DNA from: Pseudomonadota bacterium | GTDB taxonomy: Bacteria > Myxococcota > JACRCW01 > JAFGSX01 | Length of the DNA stretch: 64,000 nt | NCBI GenBank assembly: GCA_043821645.1 | Contig: JBDRCO010000022.1 | Location: forward strand, 33,631 to 97,630 | Reading direction: 5' to 3' | Part shown: one piece after another, positions 9,542-18,444 of the stretch | Layout: each line of letters begins with the position of its first letter | Numbering within the stretch: position 1 is the stretch's first letter | Translations under genes and position numbers: made by a program | Notes under the pieces: generated by a model | Databases searched by the model: none | Told to the model about the DNA's origin: nothing | What the model saw: only the letters and a program-made list of their open reading frames with translations

Positions 9542-10660
9542 ATGTCTGCCACCGTGCAAGTCGCGGAGTTGCCGATCTCGGATCAGGGTGTGGACACCAC
9601 GCTCCAGCTCGACGCCGCACTGCTGCTGGCGTCGGCGGATGTGCTCCTCATCGCAGTCGAGGGCACACGGATTCGCTTCGCCAGCCCGGCGATCCAGCGG
9701 GTCTTGGGATACAGGCCCGACGAGCTCCTAGGCCGCGAAGTCACCGAGTTTCTGACTCCAGGTGACGACGAGCGGGTCGCAAGTCGCGCCCATTCGCGCC
9801 AGCATGGAGCCGACGAGCCCAGCCACTATGAGATACAGGCCCACCACCGCGACGGCAGCCTGCGGTGGCTGGAGATAAAAGTCACACCACTGTCCCAGGG
9901 TGAACATGTGCTGAGCCTGGCGACGGTCCACGACATCACGTACCGCAAGAGCGCGGAGCTGGAACTCGAGCGTGCCCACACCGAGCTCGATCTGTTCACG
10001 GCGCGGATCGCGCATGACCTGCGCACGCCCTTGCACGGGGTCATGGGATACACACGCCTGCTGCAGCAACATCCTCCCTGCGCCACCGACGAGGAGGCGC
10101 GCGACTACCTGTCCAAGATCCTGCAAACCAGTGAGCAGGCCGTGCGGCTGCTCGATGGACTGCACGAGCTGTCACAGCTGGCACGCAGTGCCATCCAGCG
10201 CAGCGAGGTCGACCTGTCCGCCCTGGCCCGCGCCGTTGCGTACGAGGTGCTGGGCAGCCGTGGCGACCGCAGCATCGATCTGCTGTTCGAGCCCGGCGTG
10301 CGCGCGTACTGCGATGCCTCGCTGGTCCGGGTGCTTTTGACCAACCTGATCGACAATGCGCTCAAGTACGGCGCAGGCCGCGAACCACTCCGCCTCGAGT
10401 TCGGGAGCGCGCTCGACGGCGACGTGCAGACCTTGTACCTGCGCGACAACGGCCCGGGCTTCGAGCTCCCCCCCGACGCAGATCTGTTCGCACCCTTCGA
10501 GCGCCTTGCGGCGAGCCGCGACACCGAGGGTTTCGGACTGGGCCTGGCGACGGCCCGGCGCATCGTCGAGCACCACGGTGGGCAGATCTGGGCCGAGAGC
10601 ACACCAGGCGAGGGCGCCACCTTCTTCTTCACCCTGGGATCGAACACGAGACGTCGCTAG
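9542..10660 (+). CDS. PAS-domain sensor histidine kinase
   Basis: PAS domain; H-box IAHDLRTPL; N-box NLIDNALKY; G1 DNGPGF; F-box FAPFERL; G2 GFGLGLA; GGGAGG RBS. Confidence 0.92.
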   Translation: MSATVQVAELPISDQGVDTTLQLDAALLLASADVLLIAVEGTRIRFASPAIQRVLGYRPDELLGREVTEFLTPGDDERVASRAHSRQHGADEPSHYEIQAHHRDGSLRWLEIKVTPLSQGEHVLSLATVHDITYRKSAELELERAHTELDLFTARIAHDLRTPLHGVMGYTRLLQQHPPCATDEEARDYLSKILQTSEQAVRLLDGLHELSQLARSAIQRSEVDLSALARAVAYEVLGSRGDRSIDLLFEPGVRAYCDASLVRVLLTNLIDNALKYGAGREPLRLEFGSALDGDVQTLYLRDNGPGFELPPDADLFAPFERLAASRDTEGFGLGLATARRIVEHHGGQIWAESTPGEGATFFFTLGSNTRRR

Positions 10661-10861
10661 CCGTTCGATTTCCAGACACCGCCCCCATCCTCGACGGCGC
10701 AGCGCCCGCCGTCGCGCGAACCTGCCAGCGGGGTCCAGCCGCAATCCAGGGCGCCGACGCCGTGAAAAATATCTTCCGAGCAGGGCTTGTTCCGCGGGCG
10801 GCCAGGTAACTTTGTGGCTGCTGTTGTGCTAGGTTTTCTTTTTTTTCGGTGGAGTCGGACC

Positions 10862-12748
10862 ATGCACAGTGCCCATGGCAAATTGCTCGATGTGGATCTC
10901 TCCACCGGTCAGCTGACCACCCGGGAGCTGCCCCGGGAACGCTGGGAGAAGTTCGTGGGCGGGTCGGGCCTGGCCTGCGCCATGCTCCTGGACGAGGCCG
11001 ATCCCTCGACGGTCGATCCGCTCGGCCCCGACAACACCCTCATCTTCATGGCCGGCTTGTTCACCGGCACCGGCGTCCCCACCGCCTGCAAGATCAACGT
11101 CTGCGCCCGCTCGCCCTTGACCAACGGTTGGGGTGAATCCGCCGGCTCGGGCGACTTTGGCAAGTGCCTGCGCGCCTCGGGCTTTGATGGCGTGGTCTTC
11201 CGGGGACAGTCCGAGCATCCGGTGTATCTGTTGCTGACCGACGAGCGCCAGGAACTGTGTGCTGCCCAGGACCTGTGGGGACAGGACACCTTCGACACCC
11301 ATGCCGCGTTGATGGCGCGCCACGGCGACAAGGGCTCGGTGGCGGCCATCGGCCCGGCCGGCGAGCGCCTGGTGCGCTATGGCGCCATCATGATCGACGG
11401 GCCCATCGCCCGCGCCTGCGGCCGCACCGGCATGGGCGCGGTCATGGGCTCCAAGCGCCTCAAGGCCATCTACGCGGCGGGCAAGCAGCGCCTCACCATG
11501 GCCGACAAGGCCGCGTACAAGGCCGGCGTGGCCACCGACCTGCCCACCATGCGGCAGTATGCCAAGGGCCTCACCGACTGGAGCACCGCCGGCGGCGTCG
11601 AGGCTGTCGAGTTCTTCGGCGACCTGCCCATCCACAACTGGCGCCTCGGCTCTTTCAAGGAAGGCGCCAAGAAGATCGCGGCCCAGAGCTACCACCCGAA
11701 GTGGCTTCAGGAGCACCACACCTGCGCGGCCTGCTCCATCCGCTGTGGCAAGATCCTGCGCGTCGAGGGGCAGCCGCTGGATGGCCTGCACGGCCACGGC
11801 CCCGAGTACGAGACCACGGCGGGCTTCGGCTCCAACCTCCTCATCGACGACCCGCTGCCGGTGGTGCACGCCAACGTGCTGTGCAACCGCCTGGGCATAG
11901 ACACCATGTCGGCAGCGTCCTGCGTGGCCTTTGCCTTCGAGTGCTTCGAAAAGGGGATCATAGGCAAGAGCGACCTCGACGGTCTGGAGCTGCGCTGGGG
12001 CGACGGCGAGGCCATGCTCGAGCTCACCCGACGTATCGCCCTGCGCGAGGGCGGGTTCCCCACACTGCTCGGCGAGGGTTCGAAGCGAGCTTCGGCCGAG
12101 ATCGGCCAGGGCAGCGAGGCCTTCACCATCGAGGTCAAGGGCCTCGAGGTCGCCTTCCACGATCCCCGTGCCCACGTGTCCATGGCGGCCAACTACGCCA
12201 CCGCTTCGCGCGGCGGCGACCACCTGGACGCGCTGACCTACTTCCTGGCCCGCGGCGTCCCGGTGGCCGATTTCGGTTTTGACGGCGCGCTCGAGGATTT
12301 GAAGAGCACGCCCGAAAAGGGCGACGTCGTCTACCGCATGCAGAACTTCCTTGGCCTGCACAACTCGCTGGGCATCTGCAAGTTCCTCTACATCGGCCGC
12401 ATCGGTCCCTCGGTGCTGGCGCGCTGGGTCAGCCAGGTGGCGGGCATTCCCGTGGACATGGCCGGCGTGCTGGAGATGGGCGAGCGGCTGGTGCAGCTCA
12501 AGCGGCTGTACAACGTGCGCTGCGGCGTGCGGGCCAGCGACGACCGCCTGCCCCGGCGCCTGCAGACCGAGCCACGCCCGGATGGCCGCAGCGGCGGCGT
12601 GCTGCCCGACACACCACTGATGGTGAACCGTTTGTATGAGCTGCGCGGCTGGGCGGCCGACGGCATCCCGACCCGCCCCACCGTCGAGCGCTTCGGGCTG
12701 CAGGCCTACGACATCGACCGCCAGCGCCTTGTTGGGGGGGCGCCGTGA
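10862..12748 (+). CDS. aor: Aldehyde:ferredoxin oxidoreductase family (W/Mo-bis-pterin) enzyme
   Basis: GKLLDVDLSTG, SPLT, AIGPAGE, GRTGMGAVMGSKRLKAI, CxxCxxxC (CAACSIRC), GPEYET, GICKF and DRLP motifs. Confidence 0.93.
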   Translation: MHSAHGKLLDVDLSTGQLTTRELPRERWEKFVGGSGLACAMLLDEADPSTVDPLGPDNTLIFMAGLFTGTGVPTACKINVCARSPLTNGWGESAGSGDFGKCLRASGFDGVVFRGQSEHPVYLLLTDERQELCAAQDLWGQDTFDTHAALMARHGDKGSVAAIGPAGERLVRYGAIMIDGPIARACGRTGMGAVMGSKRLKAIYAAGKQRLTMADKAAYKAGVATDLPTMRQYAKGLTDWSTAGGVEAVEFFGDLPIHNWRLGSFKEGAKKIAAQSYHPKWLQEHHTCAACSIRCGKILRVEGQPLDGLHGHGPEYETTAGFGSNLLIDDPLPVVHANVLCNRLGIDTMSAASCVAFAFECFEKGIIGKSDLDGLELRWGDGEAMLELTRRIALREGGFPTLLGEGSKRASAEIGQGSEAFTIEVKGLEVAFHDPRAHVSMAANYATASRGGDHLDALTYFLARGVPVADFGFDGALEDLKSTPEKGDVVYRMQNFLGLHNSLGICKFLYIGRIGPSVLARWVSQVAGIPVDMAGVLEMGERLVQLKRLYNVRCGVRASDDRLPRRLQTEPRPDGRSGGVLPDTPLMVNRLYELRGWAADGIPTRPTVERFGLQAYDIDRQRLVGGAP

Positions 12749-12984
12749 CGGCGGTGGTGACCGTGGTGCTGCACGCCAACCTCAGCCGCTACGCCGACGG
12801 GCGCGAGCGCGTCGAGCTGCCCTTTCGCGCTGGCACCAGCGTCGCCGAGTACGTGCAACAGCTCGGCATCCCGGCCCACGAGTTCTATGCCGTGGTGCGC
12901 TGCGGCGCCGTGACCCGCGACCTCGGCGAGGTGCCCGCCGACGGCGAGGTGGTCGAGCTGCTGCCCGTGATCTCCGGGGGCTGA
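12745..12984 (+). CDS. MoaD/ThiS-family sulfur carrier protein
   Basis: 79 aa with a ubiquitin-like fold pattern and C-terminal ISGG; GTGA overlap with aor. Confidence 0.88.
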   Translation: MTAVVTVVLHANLSRYADGRERVELPFRAGTSVAEYVQQLGIPAHEFYAVVRCGAVTRDLGEVPADGEVVELLPVISGG

Positions 12985-13131
12985 CCCCGGGTGCGGCCAG
13001 GCCGGCCCTCGGGGTCGCCGCAGGACCTCCGCTGCGGGTCAAAAACCACCGCTGCCCGCCACCTTGCCAGCCCGGTCTTGCCGCCCGCGGCCGGCGCGGG
13101 CATGCTCCGCGATCCCGACGACGAGGATCGC

Positions 13132-14526
13132 ATGACCGACGCCCCCACCTCGATGGTTCTGTCCAGTCCGCCGCCCACCGACCTGGTCGAGAAGCACAGG
13201 CTGCCGCCGCAGCACCTGGAGGCCGAGCGCTCGGTGCTGGGCGGTGTGCTGCTCAACAACCTCGCTCTGGACTGGGTCTCCGACATCGTGGCCGAGGAGG
13301 ACTTTTACAAGGAAGCGCACCGCGTGCTGTACCGCGCCATGCGCCGGCTGTCGGACCGCAGCGATCCCGTCGACGAGCTGACCCTGGTGCAGGAACTCAA
13401 GGCCCACGACGAACTCGACCGCGTCGGCGGCCTGGGCTACGTGGGAGCCCTGACCCAGGCCGTGCCCACCGCGGCCCACGTCGCCGCCTACGCCAAGATC
13501 GTGCGCGACAAGGCAGTGCAGCGCGCCCTCATCAATGCCGCCACCGACATCGTGCGCCAGGGCTTCCGCGAGGACCTGGAGCTCAGCGAGTACGTCGACA
13601 GCTCCGAGCGCTCCATCTTCCAGGCCACCGAGGACAGGCGACGCCGCGCCATCCTGCCCATCAAGGACGTGCTCAAGACCACCTTCAAGAACATCGAGGA
13701 GATCTACAACCGCAAGCAGGACGTCACCGGGGTCTCCACGGGCTTTGGCAAGCTCGATCACTACACCTCGGGCCTGCAACGCTCCGACCTGGTCATCCTG
13801 GCCGCGCGGCCCTCGATGGGCAAGACCGCCCTCGCCCTCAACATCGGCGGCCACGCTGCCATCCGCGACAAGGTGCCGGTGCTCATCTTCTCGCTGGAGA
13901 TGAGCGCCGATCAGCTGGTGAGTCGCTTCCTCGGCGCCGAGGCCAGGGTCAACCTCAGCGACCTGCGCAAGGGCAAGATCAAGGAGAGCGACTGGCCGCG
14001 CCTGGCCCAGGCCGCGGGCCGCATCTCCGACGCGCCGCTGTTCATCGACGACTCGGGCGTGCTCACGGTGACCGAGATGCGCTCGAAGTGCCGCCGCATC
14101 AAGCGCGAGCACGGCCTGGGGCTGGCCATCGTCGACTACCTGCAGCTCATGCAGGGCGGCCGCAGTGTCGACTCGCGCACCCAGGAGATCTCGGAGATCA
14201 GTCGCGGTCTCAAGGCTCTGGCGCGCGAGCTCGACATCCCGGTGATGGCCCTGAGCCAGCTCAACCGCTCCCTCGAGTCGCGCACCGACAAGCGGCCCAT
14301 GCTCAGCGACCTGCGCGAGTCCGGCGCCATCGAGCAGGATGCCGACGTCATCATGTTCGTGTACCGCGACGAGTACTACAAGCGCGAGCAGACCCCGCCT
14401 GACATGGTGGGCATCGCCGAGATCATCATCGGCAAGCAGCGCAACGGCCCCACCGGCTCGTTGTTGTTGAGCTTCCAAAAAGAGCACACGCGCTTCGAGA
14501 ATCTCGCCGAGGAGCGCAACCCCTAG
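13132..14526 (+). CDS. dnaB: Replicative DNA helicase
   Basis: PPQHLEAERSVLG, AARPSMGKT, FSLEM, IVDYLQLM, LSQLNR and LRESGAIEQDAD motifs; normal length, no intein. Confidence 0.98.
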   Translation: MTDAPTSMVLSSPPPTDLVEKHRLPPQHLEAERSVLGGVLLNNLALDWVSDIVAEEDFYKEAHRVLYRAMRRLSDRSDPVDELTLVQELKAHDELDRVGGLGYVGALTQAVPTAAHVAAYAKIVRDKAVQRALINAATDIVRQGFREDLELSEYVDSSERSIFQATEDRRRRAILPIKDVLKTTFKNIEEIYNRKQDVTGVSTGFGKLDHYTSGLQRSDLVILAARPSMGKTALALNIGGHAAIRDKVPVLIFSLEMSADQLVSRFLGAEARVNLSDLRKGKIKESDWPRLAQAAGRISDAPLFIDDSGVLTVTEMRSKCRRIKREHGLGLAIVDYLQLMQGGRSVDSRTQEISEISRGLKALARELDIPVMALSQLNRSLESRTDKRPMLSDLRESGAIEQDADVIMFVYRDEYYKREQTPPDMVGIAEIIIGKQRNGPTGSLLLSFQKEHTRFENLAEERNP

Positions 14527-14616
14527 CCGGGTTTCCCGCCCTGACCTTGGGCGCGCCAAAGATCCCCCCTCTGTCGATAAGGTACGACAGCGGCCTCGGT
14601 GCTCGACAGGCCGCGC

Positions 14617-14645
14617 TTGACGGAGCAATCGGGGATCTATAAACT
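14617..14645 (+). promoter_or_regulatory. Sigma-70-type promoter upstream of the Cys-rich lipoprotein pair
   Basis: TTGACG-N17-TAAACT in an AT-richer intergenic region. Confidence 0.65.
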
Positions 14646-14749
14646 CGCGAATTCATAGGGTTATCCTACATTTTCCTACCCTGCCCCACAGGTACCTGGA
14701 AGATCGGATAAGACCCCGCAATGGCTTGGACTTGGGCATGAGGTGGGCA

Positions 14750-16312
14750 ATGAACAAGACACTCTTCGCGGGCCTGGCGAACCTGAGCGCGATCCTGGTA
14801 CTGGGCCTGACCCCGGGCTGCCCGCAGACCGTGACCAGCTCGACCTCGTGCAACAACGACCACGACTGCCCGGCGGGCCAGCTCTGCGTCAGCGGCGAGT
14901 GCTATGCGGGGCGCAGCGACGGCGGCGTGACCGCGGCCTGCTACAGCGACAACCAGTGCCAGGCCATCGATCCCTCCCTGATCTGCAACTCGGCGGGTCT
15001 GTGCGACTTGCCGTCGACGGGCTCGCCCTGCACGGTCACCGCGGACTGCCCCATCGATCAGTTCTGCAACTTCCAAAGCCAGGTCTGCGTGGCGCTGCAG
15101 CCAGGCTACTGCCGCGAGGCCTCGCAATGCGGCGCCCAGAAATGCTCGGCCACGGCCGGCGGTGTGGGGCGCTGTGTCGAGTGCATGACCGGCGCCGACT
15201 GCCCGAGCGGACAGTGCCAGGCCAACGGCACCTGCGCCGCGAGCAGCGCGACCTGCACCCCTCCCTGCCAGACCGGCTACACCTGCAATCTTGGGCAGTG
15301 CGTGGCCTCGGCCGGCGACTGCAATCCCCCCTGCCTGGCCACCGAGCAGTGCGCGCAGGGCGTGTGCTACGGAGAGAACGGCTGTCCGCGCAATGCCCAC
15401 CCCGTCAACAACCAGTGCGCCTGCGACGACGGCTTCGTGCCCAACGCCTCGGGCAATGCCTGCGTGCCAGAGGGCCAGAGCTGCGACCCCAACAGCCAGC
15501 TCGCCTGCCAGCAGCAGGGCGGCACCTGGGATGCGGTCAACTGCGTGTGCATGTCCGGTGGCAGCTGCAACCCGCCCTGCGGACCGGGCACGAGCTGCCA
15601 GAACAACGTCTGCGTCGCCGTCGGTGGCGCCTGCACCAGCGCCCTCGAATGCCTGATGGCTGGTGGTAGCAGCTTCATGACCTGCGACACGGCCACATCG
15701 ACCTGCGTCTGCGATGCCCTGCAGGGCTTTGTCATGTGCTTCCTGTTCGACGCCGAGTTCGACGAGAACCTGTGCGATTGCACCTGGGTCGCCGAGGTGG
15801 ACGCGGGCTCACCCCCGGATGCAGCCCGACCGGATACCACCCGACCAGACACGGGCAGCCAGGACGCCGCGACCCAGGATAGCGGCGGCGGTCTCGACGC
15901 GGGCACGCCCGACAGTGGCAGCGGAACCGACGCCGGCAGCGATCGCTGCGCCAGCAACGGTTGGTATGGCGACGGCGAGTGCGACACCTTCTGTCCGCAA
16001 CCGGATCCGGACTGCCTGGTGGTGGGCGGTACAGGCGCGACCTGCACCAACGACAACCAGTGCATCCGGGACTACTCCACCTGTGACACCGATTGGCCTG
16101 GAGGGTACTGCTGGAGTTCCTGCGACTATGACTACTATGGCGGCGAGTGCGGTACCGAGGGCGCCTGCATTTGCCTGAGCTACCGCTGGAGCGGCGCCTG
16201 CCGCGATTCAGACTGCTACAGCCGCTGCTCGCCCACCTTGCCCTGCCGCAGCGGCTACTCCTGCGAGCTGGGGGATGAGTACGACGAGATCTACGTCTGC
16301 GTGCCTAACTGA
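14750..16312 (+). CDS. Cys-rich lipoprotein with CxxDxDC, EGF-like and LNR-like repeats (paralog 1)
   Basis: Signal peptide ending TPGC; dozens of Cys in repeated modules; DAG/DSG linker; GWYGDGECDTFCPQPDPDC module. Confidence 0.85.
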   Translation: MNKTLFAGLANLSAILVLGLTPGCPQTVTSSTSCNNDHDCPAGQLCVSGECYAGRSDGGVTAACYSDNQCQAIDPSLICNSAGLCDLPSTGSPCTVTADCPIDQFCNFQSQVCVALQPGYCREASQCGAQKCSATAGGVGRCVECMTGADCPSGQCQANGTCAASSATCTPPCQTGYTCNLGQCVASAGDCNPPCLATEQCAQGVCYGENGCPRNAHPVNNQCACDDGFVPNASGNACVPEGQSCDPNSQLACQQQGGTWDAVNCVCMSGGSCNPPCGPGTSCQNNVCVAVGGACTSALECLMAGGSSFMTCDTATSTCVCDALQGFVMCFLFDAEFDENLCDCTWVAEVDAGSPPDAARPDTTRPDTGSQDAATQDSGGGLDAGTPDSGSGTDAGSDRCASNGWYGDGECDTFCPQPDPDCLVVGGTGATCTNDNQCIRDYSTCDTDWPGGYCWSSCDYDYYGGECGTEGACICLSYRWSGACRDSDCYSRCSPTLPCRSGYSCELGDEYDEIYVCVPN

Positions 16313-16484
16313 TCCGCGAGATCTGCCCCGGTACGACAGTCTCCCACATTTCCCTTCCTTTCTTAAGCACCTGATATCGGTCAAGTTACCGATCCGGGGT
16401 CAAATCGACACAACAAATTCGACGCACCTCCGAAGGGTGGCGCTCGATAACCTATGTATGGACAGTGGGGTGTCGAGGGTTGCC

Positions 16485-18123
16485 ATGAAAAAGACCATCG
16501 CAACAGGCATCGCGGCGCTGGCTCTGATCCTGACCGCCTGCACCACCACCGCCGTGTCCGGCAACTTCTGCAGCACCGACGGCGATTGCGTCGACGGCCA
16601 GCTCTGCGTCAACGGCGAGTGCTTCGACTCCCGCAACGAGACCGACCAGACCCCGTGCACCAGCGATGGCGACTGCTCCAGCGGCACGGTCTGCGCCGCC
16701 ACAGGCTTCTGCGAAGCCCTGGGCTCGGGCACCTCGTGCACGGTGACCGCGGACTGCCCCGTCACCCAGTACTGCAACATCAGCATCCAGTCCCCGATCT
16801 GCACCCCCCTGCAGCCCGGCGCGTGCCGCGAGGCCAGCCAGTGCGCCGGCCTGATGTGCACCGCCACGGCGGGCGGCGTGGGTCGCTGCGTCGAGTGTCT
16901 GCGCGGCGCGGATTGCTCCTCCGGCACCTGCAACCCGGACGGCACCTGTGGCACGGGATCGGGGGGCGTGGACGCAGGTGTGACCGACAGCGGTGGTCTC
17001 GATAGCAGCGGTTTCGACAGCACCCTGCCCGACAGCGGCGGCTGTTACCCGGCGTGCAACAGCGCGGCCGGCGAAAGCTGCGTGGCGGGAGTGTGCTACG
17101 GCGCCAACGGCTGCCCGCTCAACGCGCACCCCGACGGCGCGGGCTGCGTCTGCGACACGGGCTTCGCGCCCAACGCCTCGGGCACCGCCTGCGTGGCGTC
17201 GAGCGGCGGGTCTGATGCTGGCACCACCTTGGACAGCGGCGGCGGCACCGGCGACTGCACCCCGGCCTGCTACTCCGGCGAGACCTGCTACATGGGCACC
17301 TGCTACAACGCCGAAGGATGTCCTCGCAACTCGCACGCCGACGGCCAGTACTGCACCTGCGACGATGGCTACGTGCCCAATGCCGCAGGCACCGGCTGCG
17401 AGATCGCGGGCGCGGGGTTCCTGCCCGCCGAACGCGCACCCCGAGAACGGCGGTTGCGCCTGCGACGCGGGCTACCAGCCCAACGCCGCGGGCACGGCCT
17501 GCGAACCCATTGGCGGAGGCTACGACGCGGGCGTGCCGGACAGCGGCGGCGGCGACTTCTGCGAGCAGTACGGGCTGTACAACAACGGCACCTGCGACGA
17601 CTACTGCCCGAGCCCGGATCCAGACTGCGGCAGTGGCGGTGGAACGGGCAGCTGCCCGGCCAACGCCCACCCCGAGTCCGACGGCTACTGCTACTGCGAC
17701 GCGGGCTACACCCCGGACCCCGGCGGCACCTACTGCGTGCCCGAGAGCGGCGGCGGTGGCAGTGATCCCTGCGCAGACTACGGCTACTACGGCGATGGCG
17801 AGTGCGACACCTTCTGCGCCAACCCCGACCCGGACTGCGGCGGTGGCAGCGGCGACTTCTGCTATGACTACGGCTGGTATGGCGATGGCATCTGCGACAC
17901 CCAGTGCCCGCAACCCGATCCGGACTGCGGCGGCGGCAGCAGCGGCGACTACTGCGCAGACTGGGGATGGTACAACGATGGCTACTGCGACGACTGCCCG
18001 TCACCGGATCCAGACTGCAGCGGTGGCGGCGGTGGTGGCGGCTACAACTACTGCGAGAGCGACTGGGACTGCTGGTCCGGCTACTACTGCGACTGGTGGT
18101 CGAGCACCTGCGAGCCGTACTAG
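16485..18123 (+). pseudogene. Cys-rich lipoprotein paralog 2, split by a +1 frameshift near 17414-17417 (pseudogene or sequencing error)
   Basis: MKKTIATGIAALALILTAC lipobox; the Cys-repeat pattern runs in the frame of ORF 16275..17765 to ~17415, then continues (GSCPPNAHPENGGCACDAGY...) in the frame of ORF 16993..18123; rejoined product ~545 aa. Confidence 0.8.
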
Positions 18124-18353
18124 TTTGAAGGGGCCGTCGGGCGCCCTGCCTCTCCTGAGGGTCTGTCGGGCAGACCCTCCCCCGTCGAAGTGAATTCGAC
18201 GGGGCCCCCACCCAACCAGCACTGTCAGGGACACCTCGCTTCGCTGACGCGTGCTCGGTGACGTCCAAAGATGGGGTGTCCAGCTCGTGGACGGTTGTGC
18301 GGCCTGCGCAGGGAGGCGAGCGGCACGATGACAACGAACCCTGCGCTCGACGC

Positions 18354-18381
18354 TTGTGATCGCCACCTTCGCGGCTAGAAT
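18354..18381 (+). promoter_or_regulatory. Sigma-70-type promoter upstream of the IspD-like gene
   Basis: TTGTGA-N16-TAGAAT, followed by the hairpin GTTCCCG-AAAA-CGGGAAC (18388-18405). Confidence 0.45.
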
Positions 18382-18444
18382 GCGCCGGTTCCCGAAAACG
18401 GGAACTGCGAGTCGATGTGCGTTTTCTATATCCCGGAGGCTCAC

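Noticed and set aside
10834-12740. Homopolymers T8 (10839-10846) and G7 (12734-12740) flanking aor as phase-variation tracts
   Set aside because: The tracts are short, the reading frames and the aor/MoaD overlap are intact, and one sequence gives no evidence of variation
13132-14526. Intein in DnaB
   Set aside because: The length (~464 aa) and continuous motifs leave no insertion
18180-18210. ATTCGACGGGG resembling a tmRNA 5' end or tRNA arm
   Set aside because: It is one arm of a local hairpin; there is no GGGG 5' acceptor stem, no T-arm/CCA 3' end, and no room before the next CDS
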